The notes beneath the pieces are model-generated. The model saw only the letters and a list, made by a program, of their open reading frames with translations, searched no databases and was not told where the DNA came from. Positions 16,784 to 25,926 of a DNA stretch of 64,000 nt are shown here, piece after piece (position 1 is the stretch's first letter; the number at the start of each line of letters is the position of its first letter). The stretch is from Dehalococcoidia bacterium. GTDB lineage: Bacteria; Chloroflexota; Dehalococcoidia; Lucifugimonadales; UBA3495. The stretch spans positions 2,177,334 through 2,241,333 of the forward strand of contig OZ244885.1 in the NCBI GenBank assembly GCA_965221385.1. The letters are read 5' to 3'. Position numbers and translations under genes: made by a program.

Positions 16784-17788
16784 GTGGCCATTGTGAGCAG
16801 CAGGCCCCGCGTTTTCGTTACCCGCCGCATCATGCAGGATGCCCTGGACCTGATCGACCGCAGCGCAGACATGGAGGTCTGGCCCGACGAGGAGCCTCCC
16901 TCGCCTCAGGTCCTGCGGGAAAGGGCCGCCGGCGTGGACGGCATTCTGACCAACATCATGGACCGGGTGGATGCCCCCCTTCTGGACGCGGCCCCGGGTT
17001 TGAGGGTGATTAGCCAGTTGGCGGTGGGGCTGGACAACGTGGACGTGGCGGAGGCCACCCGGCGGGGCATTCCCGTGGGGTACACGCCGGGGGTATTGGC
17101 GAAGGCTACCGCCGACGTGGGTTTCGCCCTGCTGATGTCCGCGGCCCGGCGCATTGGAGAGAGCGACCGGTGGGTGCGGGACGGCCAGTGGACCCTGGCC
17201 TTCCATCCCCTGCGCTGGTTGGGCGTGGACATTCACGACAAGACCCTGGGCATCATCGGGCTGGGCCAGATTGGGCTGGAGATGGCCCGCCGGGGCCGGG
17301 GCTTCGACATGAGAATCCTCTACCACTCCCGCACTCGGCGCCCCGACCTGGAAGGGGAATACGGCTTGGAATACGTGGACCTGTCCACGCTGCTTTCGGA
17401 ATCGGACTTTGTTTCCCTGCACGTTCCGCTGACGCCGGAAACCCGGCACTACATCGGTGAGGCGGAATTGCGGCAGATGAAGTCCACGGCCATACTGGTC
17501 AACGTGGCCCGGGGGCCGGTGGTGGATTCCAGAGCCCTCTACCGGGCCTTGAAAGAGGGGTGGATTTACGGGGCCGGGTTGGACGTGACCGATCCGGAAC
17601 CCATACCCGCCGATGATCCGTTGCTGACCCTGGATAACGTGGTGATTTCGCCCCACGTGGGCAGCGCTTCCCTGGCCTCGCGGGGGGCCATGTGCATGCT
17701 GGCGGCCCGCAACCTGCTGTCGGGACTGGCTGGCCGGCCAATGGAGAGCTGCGCCAACCCGGAGGCGCTAAGCCGGAGTGGCTCCTAG
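16784..17788 (+). CDS. D-2-hydroxyacid dehydrogenase (glyoxylate/hydroxypyruvate reductase-like)
   Basis: GIIGLGQIGLEMARR NAD-binding motif and ..ARG..VD..AL..HV.. catalytic region. GTG start at 16784 or 16793. Confidence 0.85.
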   Translation: MAIVSSRPRVFVTRRIMQDALDLIDRSADMEVWPDEEPPSPQVLRERAAGVDGILTNIMDRVDAPLLDAAPGLRVISQLAVGLDNVDVAEATRRGIPVGYTPGVLAKATADVGFALLMSAARRIGESDRWVRDGQWTLAFHPLRWLGVDIHDKTLGIIGLGQIGLEMARRGRGFDMRILYHSRTRRPDLEGEYGLEYVDLSTLLSESDFVSLHVPLTPETRHYIGEAELRQMKSTAILVNVARGPVVDSRALYRALKEGWIYGAGLDVTDPEPIPADDPLLTLDNVVISPHVGSASLASRGAMCMLAARNLLSGLAGRPMESCANPEALSRSGS

Positions 17789-17828
17789 CAGTCAGTCAAG
17801 TTTGGTTTGATAGGGTAATTGAAGTTTT

Positions 17829-17929
17829 GTCATTCCGAGCGCCAGTCGAGGAATCCCAACGGAGCGGGGGAACCGGTATCGCGATGCCAACGCCCCTTGT
17901 TTGTCATTCCTCGGCAGGCTCGAAATGGC
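17829..17929. repeat. Family-A locus A3: one forward core plus one divergent reverse core
   Basis: GTCATTCCGAGCGCCAGTCGAGGAATCCCAAC at 17829-17860. ATTCCTCGGCAGGCTCGAAATGGC at 17903-17929. Confidence 0.8.
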
Positions 17930-17990
17930 AGGCGTGAGTTGCCAATGTGCCATCGGTATTCATGAGTATTGAACCCAGGGGGAACCGGAA

Positions 17991-18596
17991 ATGACCAAGC
18001 GAAACATGTTCATCTCCGCCGCGATCGTCATACTGATCCCGGTGGCGGCGGCGGCCTGGTGGATGTTGTCTCCATTGTTCATCAGCACCACGGTGGACGA
18101 GGAGTTCCCCATGGCGGCGAGCGCCGATGTGCCATCCAACCTCACCATGTCCCAGGTGGAGACCGTGATGACGGTGATGGCCCAGATGGACCAACCCACC
18201 ATGGAAGAGGCCATGCCGTCGGAAGGGGACGGAGACGCTGGCCCCGTGGTGGTGGCGTCGGGTTCCTTCCGGGGCGCCGACTCCTTCCACCAGGGCAGCG
18301 GGACGGCCACCATCTACCGGATTGCAGACGGCAGTCACATCCTGCGGTTCGAGGACTTCATGGTTACCAACGGGCCCGATCTGCGGGTGTTGCTGGCCAA
18401 GCCTCGGGACCCGCAGAGCCGCAACGAGTTGCAGGACGGGGGATACATTAACTTGGCCAAGCTTAAGGGGAATATCGGCAACCAGAACTACGAGATTCCG
18501 GCGGACATCGACCTTGCTGAGCAGGGCAGCATAGTCATCTACTGCATGCCCTTCCACGTTATCTTCAGCGTGGCCTCCCTGGACTCTGCGGGATAG
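17991..18596 (+). CDS. DM13 domain-containing protein with N-terminal membrane anchor
   Basis: GSFRGADSFHQGSGTATIY..LRFEDFMVTNGPDLRVLL matches the DM13 pattern. One N-terminal TM helix. Confidence 0.7.
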   Translation: MTKRNMFISAAIVILIPVAAAAWWMLSPLFISTTVDEEFPMAASADVPSNLTMSQVETVMTVMAQMDQPTMEEAMPSEGDGDAGPVVVASGSFRGADSFHQGSGTATIYRIADGSHILRFEDFMVTNGPDLRVLLAKPRDPQSRNELQDGGYINLAKLKGNIGNQNYEIPADIDLAEQGSIVIYCMPFHVIFSVASLDSAG

Positions 18597-18660
18597 CCCT
18601 ATTCAACAGAGAGTTGTCAGGGATGAGAGGACTGGGAATAGGGGGCAAGGGCGACGTGAC

Positions 18661-18692
18661 CCGTAGGGGCGCACAGCCGTGCGCCCCTACGG
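18661..18692. repeat. Family-B palindrome
   Basis: CCGTAGGGGCGCAC-AGCC-GTGCGCCCCTACGG. Lies 65 nt past the DM13 gene stop. Confidence 0.9.
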
Positions 18693-18734
18693 TGCATTTG
18701 GCTGTGTGTTTGGTATTAGCAGCCCCCCTTGTTT

Positions 18735-19662
18735 GTCATTCCGAGCGCCAGCCGAGGAATCCCAACCCACCGGGGCAGCTACGCCACCCACCACAAACCA
18801 ACCACCCCTGTCATTCCGAGCGCCGCAGGCGTCGAGGAATCCCAACCGTCCGGGTAAACCATCCATCCCACCACAAACCAATCACCCCTGTCATTCCGAG
18901 CGCCAGTCGAGGAATCCCGACGGTGCGGGGGGAACCGTGATTGCCATGGGCAGGCCTTCTTGTCTGTCGCTCGCATGACAGGCAAGGTTGGCTTGGAGTG
19001 GGATGGATGGTTTACCCGGACGGTTGGGATTCCTCGACGCCTGCGGCACTCGGAATGACAATCAGAGGGGCTGGGCGCTGGAGAGCATCGTTGTTCCCCA
19101 GGGTTGGGATTCCTCGACGCCTGCGGCGCTCGGAATGACAATCAGAGGGGCTGGGCGCTGGAGAGCATCGTTGTTCCCCACCGTTGGGATTCCTCGACGC
19201 CTGCGGCGCTCGGAATGACAATCAGAGGGGCTGGGCGCTGGAGAGCATCGTTGTTCCCCACCGTTGGGATTCCTCGACGCCTGCGGCGCTCGGAATGACA
19301 ATCAGAGGGGCTGGGCGCTGGAGAGCATCGTTGTTCCCCACCGTTAGGATTCCTCGACGCCTGCGGCGCTCGGAATGACAATCAGAGGGGCTGGGCGCTG
19401 GAGAGCATCGTTGTTCCCCACGGTTGGGATTCCTCGACGCCTGCGGCGCTCGGAATGACAATCCGAGGGGCTGGGCGCTGGAGAGCATCGTTGTTCCCCA
19501 CGGTTGGGATTCCTCGACGCCTGCGGCGCTCGGAATGACAATCCGAGGGGCTGGGCGCTGGAGAGCATCGTTGTTCCCCACGGTTGGGATTCCTCGGCGC
19601 CTGCGGCGCTCGGAATGACAATCAGAGGGGCTGGGGTTCCGCGGCCGTCGCTCGGAATGTCA
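18735..19662. repeat. Family-A array A4: three forward units, then eight reverse 80-bp units plus partial copies
   Basis: Forward cores at 18735, 18810 and 18890. Reverse cores (GTTGGGATTCCTCGACGCCTGCGGCGCTCGGAATGAC) at 19023, 19103, 19183, 19263, 19343, 19423, 19503 and 19583. Confidence 0.95.
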
Positions 19663-19713
19663 ATGTCCCCTGCTGACCTGATCGTCCAGCCTTGACCAGG
19701 CAGAATTCCGCGG

Positions 19714-21108
19714 CTACAGTCCCAGTTTTCCGGGGTTCATAATGTTGGAGGGGTCCAGGACTTCCTTGATCTGACGCATCACCTCATGCCCCGCGCCCAT
19801 TTCACGGGCCAGCAGGTGGTTCAGCTTCATGCCCACCCCGTGACAATATTCCATCACGCCGCCCAAGTCCTGGGCCAGGGTCAACACCTCTTCCACCGCC
19901 TCGGCCAAGTTGGCCCGGAAATCCTCCTCTTTCCCGCCGGTATCCTCCGGAACCACCATCATCGAAAAGAACTCCGGCCGGCTCCAGATGGCGTATTCGA
20001 CGATGCGGATGCCCCGGTCGGCCAGCATTTCCTGGCAGCGACGGCGGTATTCCAAAACCTGGGAAGTGGGCAACGCCATGTGCAGGTAATCGAAACTGCG
20101 GCCCCATTGCCGGTTCCAACGTTCCTCCCGGGGTCGGCCCAGGGCGTTCCGCTTGTAGCGGTGGCCCGAATCATGGCGGCCCTCCCAGTATTCCAGGGTA
20201 TCCTCCGGGCCAATGTCCCGGCCGCCAAACTGGGCGCAGATGGCCATGGCCCGCCGATGCCGGGCTTCCACTCCCTCCCGGTAGCCCTCGAAGAGCAGGA
20301 ACATCCGCACCAGGTCGTCCTCCTCGGTCAGGTCCAACAGGGTGGGGTGCAGGTCCAGAGCCTTCATTTCGGCGGCTGCGTCAAAGCCCTGGTCAAAGGT
20401 GTCGAAGGCTGCCGTGGCGAATACCTGCGCCTCGGGTATGCGAAAGACCTTTATGGTGGCCCTGGTGATTATGCCGAAGACCCCCTCGCCACCGATGAAC
20501 AGATGGTTGAAGTTGGGGGCCGATGAGTACTTGGGTACCGAGCGAGAGTCCAGGATGCGGCCGTCGGGCAGTACCACCTGCAACGCCACAACCTGCTGTC
20601 CCATGGGCCCGAAGGCGCTGGCCCGGTAGCCCACGCCGTTGGTGGATATGGTTCCCGCCACGGTGGCAATGGGAACGCTGTAGGGGTCGTGGCCAATCAT
20701 CAAATCATGCTCGGCCAGCGCGTCGGCCAGATCCTGGAGGACCACGCCCGGTTCCACGGTGGCGGTCATGTCCCGGGGGCTGATTTCCAGGATGCGGTTG
20801 AGACGCTTCACGTCAACCACCACGCCCCCCGCGACGGGCAGGACGCCTCCCATGACGCCGGTGCCGCCCCCGTAGGGAACCAGGGGGATTGCTTCGGCGG
20901 TGGCCAGGGCCGCAATGCGAGATACTTCCTCAACGGAACCGGGACGCACCACCACGTCGGCCAGTCGCTCGAAGGCGTAACCGGACCGGAAGGCTCGGAA
21001 GGGAGTCAGGGCGTCGGCGGAGTAGCGGTCCAGGTCGTATGGGGCCGTTAACACATGGTTTTCGCCAACTATGCGGGCCAGGGATTCAACGATGGAGGTA
21101 GCTATCAT
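19714..21108 (-). CDS. FAD-binding PCMH-type oxidoreductase (GlcD / alkyl-DHAP-synthase-like)
   Basis: 464 aa. ..VVRPGSVEEVSRI..VPYGGGTG.. FAD-binding domain and C-terminal ..HGVG..K motif. Confidence 0.8.
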   Translation of the reverse strand: MIATSIVESLARIVGENHVLTAPYDLDRYSADALTPFRAFRSGYAFERLADVVVRPGSVEEVSRIAALATAEAIPLVPYGGGTGVMGGVLPVAGGVVVDVKRLNRILEISPRDMTATVEPGVVLQDLADALAEHDLMIGHDPYSVPIATVAGTISTNGVGYRASAFGPMGQQVVALQVVLPDGRILDSRSVPKYSSAPNFNHLFIGGEGVFGIITRATIKVFRIPEAQVFATAAFDTFDQGFDAAAEMKALDLHPTLLDLTEEDDLVRMFLLFEGYREGVEARHRRAMAICAQFGGRDIGPEDTLEYWEGRHDSGHRYKRNALGRPREERWNRQWGRSFDYLHMALPTSQVLEYRRRCQEMLADRGIRIVEYAIWSRPEFFSMMVVPEDTGGKEEDFRANLAEAVEEVLTLAQDLGGVMEYCHGVGMKLNHLLAREMGAGHEVMRQIKEVLDPSNIMNPGKLGL

Positions 21109-21182
21109 GAGTTAGCCGATACTCGCCAGCAGAAATAGGGATGAAGGACAAAGGGAAACGAGTCGATGCTGAATGCGTTTCC

Positions 21183-21211
21183 ATTATGGCAAAGGCGCCG
21201 GCAAAGGGCAA
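21183..21211 (-). promoter_or_regulatory. candidate promoter TTGCCC-N17-CATAAT for the FAD oxidoreductase gene
   Basis: Minus-strand hexamers at 21211-21206 and 21188-21183. Confidence 0.35.
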
Positions 21212-21282
21212 CAAGGCCGTCGCTCTGGTGAGGGCTCAGTGGGGAGCGGCGTGGGGAAAGCGCCCAATTGACGGGCTGAGAG

Positions 21283-22665
21283 TTACCGCTGGTAACGCCA
21301 CAGGGTTCCCTGGGCCGTGTCTTCGAGGACGACGCCCTGGGCCGCAAGTTCATCGCGGATCTGGTCCGCCAGGGCGAACTGGCGGGCCTGACGCAGTTCG
21401 GTGCGGGTATTCACCAGCAGGTCGATGAAGGGTTTGGCGGCCAACTGGTTACCGGCGGTCTCCGGTTCTGCGAAGGTCAGCCCCAGCACTGCGCCCAGCT
21501 CCCGCAGGGTTTCCTGGGCATCGGCGACGCCGTTGCCGTTGTCCTTTTCCCGGTTGATCTCCCGGGCCATGTCGAACAGGGACGCGATGGCCTGGGGCGT
21601 GTTCAGGTCATCGTCCATGGCGCCGATGAACCGTTGGCGGTAGGGTTCCGGGTCCAGGGCTTCGACATCCTTTGTGGCGTTACCGTCGGGCTGGGAACGA
21701 AGGGCGTGGTGGAATCGGTCCATGCTGCGTTCCATGGCCGCCGAACCCTCGTCGCTGTACTGCAGGGGACTGCGGTAGTGGGAACTCAGGAAGTAGATGC
21801 GCAGAGCATCGGCGCTGTAGTTGGCCAATGCCTCTTCCACCGACACCAGGTTGCCCAAGGACTTGCTCATCTTGTCCTCGCCCAGTTGCAGGAGGCCGTT
21901 GTGAACCCAGTGGTGGGCGAAGGGGGTGATGCCGGTGTGGGCTTCGCTCTGGGCGATTTCGTTCTCGTGATGGGGGAAAATCAGGTCCTGGCCCCCGCCG
22001 TGGATGTCCAGGGGATAGTCCAGGTAGCGTAGGGACATGGCGGTGCATTCGATGTGCCAGCCGGGGCGGCCCGGTCCCCAGGGACTCTCCCAGGAGGGTT
22101 CGCCCGGCTTGGCGCCCTTCCAGAGAACGAAGTCCATGGGGTGTTCTTTGTCCTCATCCACCTGAATGCGCGCGCCGGCAATCATGCCGTCCAGGGTGCG
22201 GTGGCTGAGCTTGCCGTAGTCCTCCTTGCAATTCACCCGGAAATAGACGTCCCCGTTGGCGGGATAGGCATAGCCCTTGTCCACCAGACTCTGTATCGTT
22301 TCCACTATGGGGCCGATTTCCTGGGTGGCCCGGGGGTAAACGTCGGCGCGGAGGATGTTCAGGGCGTCCATGGTGTGGAAGAAATCGTCGATGTAACGGG
22401 CTGTCAGGGCCTCCTCGCTGATTCCGGCTTCCAGGGCGCGTTGGATTATCTTGTCGTCCACATCGGTGAAGTTCTGAATGTGCTTGACCTGGTAACCCTG
22501 GTATTCCAGGTAGCGGCGAAGGGTATCGAAGACGACGTAGCTGAGGGCATGGCCGACATGGGTGGAGGAATAGGGCGTGACGCCGCAGACATACATTTTC
22601 ACGGTGTTGCCGTCGGCGGGGACGAACTCCTTTTCCTCGCCGGTCAGCGTGTTGTAGAGACGCAT
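21283..22665 (-). CDS. cysS: cysteine--tRNA ligase
   Basis: HIGH-type THVGH and KMSKS motifs. Full-length 460 aa. Confidence 0.95.
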   Translation of the reverse strand: MRLYNTLTGEEKEFVPADGNTVKMYVCGVTPYSSTHVGHALSYVVFDTLRRYLEYQGYQVKHIQNFTDVDDKIIQRALEAGISEEALTARYIDDFFHTMDALNILRADVYPRATQEIGPIVETIQSLVDKGYAYPANGDVYFRVNCKEDYGKLSHRTLDGMIAGARIQVDEDKEHPMDFVLWKGAKPGEPSWESPWGPGRPGWHIECTAMSLRYLDYPLDIHGGGQDLIFPHHENEIAQSEAHTGITPFAHHWVHNGLLQLGEDKMSKSLGNLVSVEEALANYSADALRIYFLSSHYRSPLQYSDEGSAAMERSMDRFHHALRSQPDGNATKDVEALDPEPYRQRFIGAMDDDLNTPQAIASLFDMAREINREKDNGNGVADAQETLRELGAVLGLTFAEPETAGNQLAAKPFIDLLVNTRTELRQARQFALADQIRDELAAQGVVLEDTAQGTLWRYQR

Positions 22666-22741
22666 AGCCTTGCCGTAAATCCTGCTCTCTTGCCGTTCCT
22701 GCCGCCCCCCGGAGGCTGGGCGCCGCTTGCACCTGGCGACC

Positions 22742-23263
22742 CTAACGCCCTGAAGCGGGTGGCTGCCCTTGTGGTTTGTAGAGGGTGGCCACTGCCAGAG
22801 CGGCGATACCCTCCTCCCGGCCCACGAATCCCAGGTAATCGGTGGTGGTTACCTTGACGCTGATCCGGTCTTCGGAGATGCCCATAGACCCGGCGATTCG
22901 CGTCCGCATTTCCGGTATGAAGGGGGCCAGCCGGGGCTGCTGCGCCAGTATTGTAGCATCTGCATTAGCTACCCGCCAACCGGCAGCCGCCACCTGGACG
23001 CCCACCCGTTCCAGCAGCAGCAGGCTGGAGATTCCCCGCAGGCTGTCATCGGAGGAGGGGAAATGCTGACCCTTGTCGCCCAGGTTGGCGGCCCCCAGCA
23101 GCGCGTCCATCAGGGCATGAACCAGCACGTCGCCATCGCTGTGACCCACCAGCCCCCGGTCGCAAGGAACATCCACCCCGCCCAGAACCAGGGGCCGGTC
23201 CGGTCCCAGGGCATGGGAATCGAAACCTATGCCGGTGCGGATGGGTGGGATGTCCTGCTCCAT
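22742..23263 (-). CDS. ispF: 2-C-methyl-D-erythritol 2,4-cyclodiphosphate synthase
   Basis: GIGFDSHAL and GHSDGDVLVHAL motifs. Confidence 0.95.
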   Translation of the reverse strand: MEQDIPPIRTGIGFDSHALGPDRPLVLGGVDVPCDRGLVGHSDGDVLVHALMDALLGAANLGDKGQHFPSSDDSLRGISSLLLLERVGVQVAAAGWRVANADATILAQQPRLAPFIPEMRTRIAGSMGISEDRISVKVTTTDYLGFVGREEGIAALAVATLYKPQGQPPASGR

Positions 23264-23275
23264 GAATTCGCTGCC

Positions 23276-23980
23276 TCACTCCCCGCCGGGCAGTTGCCGC
23301 CCTCGCAAGGTTGCTTCCATTACCGCCCAGTCCTCCGGCGTGGTTACCTTCAGGTTTTCGTAAGAACCGGGGAACATGGCTATCGGAACGCCCAGCGATT
23401 CTACCATCATGGCGTCGTCGGTGGCGAAGCCGTCAAACTGGGCGTGGGCCCGTTCCAGCAGGGAATATTCGAATATCTGCGGGGTCTGGGCAGCCCACAG
23501 GGATTCCCGTGGTGGGGTGCCGGTTATCAGTCCGTCCGTCCCGACCACCTTGATGGTGTCCTTGACTGGAACCCCGGCGATGGCGGCGCCCCCCGGCGAG
23601 GCAGCCACCGCCTCCAGGCCCCGCTGCAGCAGGGCCGCGTCCAGCCCGGGGCGGGCGCCGTCGTGAACCATGACCCAACGGCGGGGACTCAGCCGGCCCA
23701 AGCCGGCCCTTACCGAATCCTGGCGGCGGGCGCCCCCAGCGCACACGCTGGTGACCTTCTGGTAGCCTTGCTGTTCCACAAGTTGTCTGCCCACCTCCAC
23801 CGAAGCGGCGGCGACCACCAGGACGATTTCGGAAACGGCGGGGAAGGTCTCAAATACGTCCAGGGTGTGGGCGATCAGTGGCCGTCCCAACAGGGACGCG
23901 AAAATCTTGTCCACGCCGGCCATGCGGGTACTCTCCCCGGCGGCGACGACAATCACGCCAACGCTCCCTTCGCTAACCAC
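23276..23980 (-). CDS. ispD: 2-C-methyl-D-erythritol 4-phosphate cytidylyltransferase
   Basis: VVAAGESTRM.. (A-A-G-x-G/S-x-R-M type). Adjacent to ispF. Confidence 0.9.
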   Translation of the reverse strand: MVSEGSVGVIVVAAGESTRMAGVDKIFASLLGRPLIAHTLDVFETFPAVSEIVLVVAAASVEVGRQLVEQQGYQKVTSVCAGGARRQDSVRAGLGRLSPRRWVMVHDGARPGLDAALLQRGLEAVAASPGGAAIAGVPVKDTIKVVGTDGLITGTPPRESLWAAQTPQIFEYSLLERAHAQFDGFATDDAMMVESLGVPIAMFPGSYENLKVTTPEDWAVMEATLRGRQLPGGE

Positions 23981-24019
23981 GCTGCCTTCCCGCCCTACGG
24001 ACGCGACCGTACAGGCTGG

Positions 24020-25081
24020 CTAATTGTTCCGGGATTGGGCGAAGATGATGCGACCGGCGGCGGTCTGAAGCACCCGGGTAACCGTGACGTTGTGGGAGGC
24101 GTTGATGTAACGCTTGCCACCCTCGACTACGACCATGGTGCCGTCGTCCAGGTAGGCGACCCCCTGACCCAGCTCCTTGCCCTCCTGCACAATATCGACC
24201 CGCATTTCCTCGCCGGGCAAAACGATGGACTTCAGGGCGTTGGCCAACTCGTTGACATTGAGAACCTGCACCCCCTGGAATTCGGCCACCCGGTTCAGGT
24301 TGTAGTCGGTGGTGAGGATGGGGCACTTCATGGACCTCGCCATCTGGACCAGCATCGAGTCCACCTCGTCTCCATTGGACACGCCCACGTCCATGATGTC
24401 CAGCGTCACGTTGTCATCCCGGCGGAGGCGCCCCAGTACCTCCAGGCCCCGGCGGCCCCGGTTCCGGCGCAGAGGGTCGCTGGAGTCGGCGATGTGACGC
24501 AGTTCGTCGAGGATGAAGCGGGGAACGACCAGGGTGCCATCCACGAAGCCGGTGCCGGTCAGGTCGGCGATGCGTCCATCGATGATGACGCTGGTGTCCA
24601 CCAGTATCTTTCCGGCTCGATTATCGTGGGCAACGCCGTTGGAACTGTAGCTGGTATGCTCCAGGGCGGGAAACACGGCCTGAACGTCCCTGCCTCGGAT
24701 TCCGCCGAGCAGCAGGCCAACCATACCAAAGGAAAGGCTGACCATGATGGGAATACCCCAACTCATCCAGCCATCGATGTTGTAGAAGGGAATAGAGATC
24801 AAGGCCGCAAAGACCAGGCCAATCAGGGCGCCAAAGGCCGAGGAGAGAAGGGTGGATCCGGGAATGGAATTAATGTAGTTGACGACTTTCCGCCAGGGGC
24901 GAAGCAGCAGGTAGGGAGTAATAAAGGCGCCCACCGGGATGCCAACGAGGGCCAGGACTATGCCCCAAGGGATGATCTGCTTGCTGTCGGCTGGGAAATC
25001 GGGCATATAGGGCCCCAACCGGTACCCCAGGGCGCCCAGGCCGCCAGCGCCAATAATTCGTAAGGTCCATACATCGAACAC
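24020..25081 (-). CDS. yacL: membrane-anchored PIN/TRAM domain protein (YacL-like)
   Basis: N-terminal TM helices, a PIN region (ILVDTSVIIDGRI), and a C-terminal TRAM-like beta domain. GTG start with GAAGGAG RBS. Sits upstream of ispD-ispF as in Bacillus. Confidence 0.75.
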   Translation of the reverse strand: MFDVWTLRIIGAGGLGALGYRLGPYMPDFPADSKQIIPWGIVLALVGIPVGAFITPYLLLRPWRKVVNYINSIPGSTLLSSAFGALIGLVFAALISIPFYNIDGWMSWGIPIMVSLSFGMVGLLLGGIRGRDVQAVFPALEHTSYSSNGVAHDNRAGKILVDTSVIIDGRIADLTGTGFVDGTLVVPRFILDELRHIADSSDPLRRNRGRRGLEVLGRLRRDDNVTLDIMDVGVSNGDEVDSMLVQMARSMKCPILTTDYNLNRVAEFQGVQVLNVNELANALKSIVLPGEEMRVDIVQEGKELGQGVAYLDDGTMVVVEGGKRYINASHNVTVTRVLQTAAGRIIFAQSRNN

Positions 25082-25569
25082 GAAAAACTACTCCTTCGCC
25101 CACGCCGGTCGTCGCCCGACGGATATCTTCTTCCGGTTCGATCTACGCGACAGCTACACCACCCTTCCCGGCCACACCGCAAATGCCACGCCCTGGTGAA
25201 CCATGGCGACGGTCAACGCAGGACAGTCTTGAGAATATGGAATATCGTTGACGGCATGCCCATTCCCTTTGCAGCCCCAATGGACGAAGAATAGCGAGAT
25301 ATGGGTTGGGAAGGTAACGCCGTCCGGCTTCGAATCCACCCAAATGGCAATGGTAGATGGAGCCAAGCGAAGCATAACATAACAACGATGGTTTAGGAAG
25401 CTCCCGCAACGTACCTTTTCCCGTTGGTGGAATGCGGGTGAAGCCCTTCGGTCGAAGCAGCCATGGCGTTCCTGCCCGGCCAATACGGTGTTGACGGATA
25501 TGCAGTCGGTCAACCAGGGTTTATCAGGAACAAAAGAATGGGAATAATGAGGGTAAGTGGATGTTACTC

Positions 25570-25597
25570 GTAGGGGCGCACAGCCGTGCGCCCCTAC
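25570..25597. repeat. Family-B palindrome
   Basis: GTAGGGGCGCAC-AGCC-GTGCGCCCCTAC. Confidence 0.9.
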
Positions 25598-25739
25598 CCG
25601 ACCAGGCAACCATATATCCCATTCATTTCGGTCATTCTTGGGTTGACCGACTGGGTTGGAACAGGGGGGTTGCTCTTAATGTATCGCGATGCCTGAGGGA
25701 TGGCGATGTAGCTTTCCTGGCCGGTGACCGCCCGGGCAA

Positions 25740-25778
25740 GGATAAACGGCGAAACCTAGGCGGTTTCGCCGTTTATCC
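25740..25778. other. perfect 17-bp-stem hairpin (no U-tract)
   Basis: GGATAAACGGCGAAACC-TAGGC-GGTTTCGCCGTTTATCC. Confidence 0.8.
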
Positions 25779-25926
25779 ATCGGGAACCTTCCATTGTTCC
25801 ATTGTTGAGATTGACCGTTTTCAGGGCCAACCCAACGCTGGCTGATCTTCAGTGATGGGCTTCGACAAAGGTCTCTGCCGAGACACTGGTGCTGGGGGTC
25901 GCCACGGCGACCGAACCGTAGAGGGG

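Noticed and set aside
19023-19662. CRISPR array interpretation of the regularly spaced 32-37-nt cores (also 4461-5144 and 42800-43062)
   Set aside because: Within each array the 40-45-nt inter-core segments are nearly identical to each other rather than being unique spacers. Arrays contain inverted copies. There are no cas genes or a leader. These are tandem duplications of a core-plus-tail unit.
18614-19695. Many 60-120-aa ORFs on both strands across array A4 (..MSFRAPQASRNPNGGEQRCSPAPSPSDCHSERRRRRGIPTV..). The same pattern occurs at 42722-43412.
   Set aside because: Same reasoning. The 80-bp and 77-bp periods shift the frame each unit, and mirrored ORFs appear on both strands. They are artefacts of stop-poor repeats.
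22769-25063. 764-aa ORF on the plus strand
   Set aside because: It is antisense to ispF, ispD and yacL, which have clear family motifs. The composition (Gly/Arg/Pro/His-rich, no motifs) is typical of stop-free antisense frames in high-GC DNA.
25326-25337. GGCTTCGAATCC, a T-loop-like string suggesting a tRNA or tmRNA
   Set aside because: The flanking bases do not form a T-stem (CCGGC against CCACC). There is no acceptor stem, anticodon arm or 3' CCA context. I found no tag-peptide reading frame ending in ..ALAA-type residues on either strand.
25190-25520. Loose resemblances to RNase P RNA (AGGACAGTC, GGTAACGCC, GGGTGAAG, CCCGGCC) and to the SRP RNA helix-8 string (GAAGCAGCCATGGC)
   Set aside because: The universally conserved GAGGAAAGUCC and ACAGAA..CCCGGCUUA elements are absent, and the proposed P4 strands are not complementary. 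The SRP-like stretch cannot form the tetraloop-closed helix. The similarities are probably chance. Only a covariance-model search could overturn this.
25154-25609. 151-aa minus-strand ORF in the yacL-upstream gap
   Set aside because: It starts inside the Family-B palindrome (..GAHGCAPLR..), has many A/T-ending codons unlike native genes, and has no RBS or motif. I treated it as non-coding.
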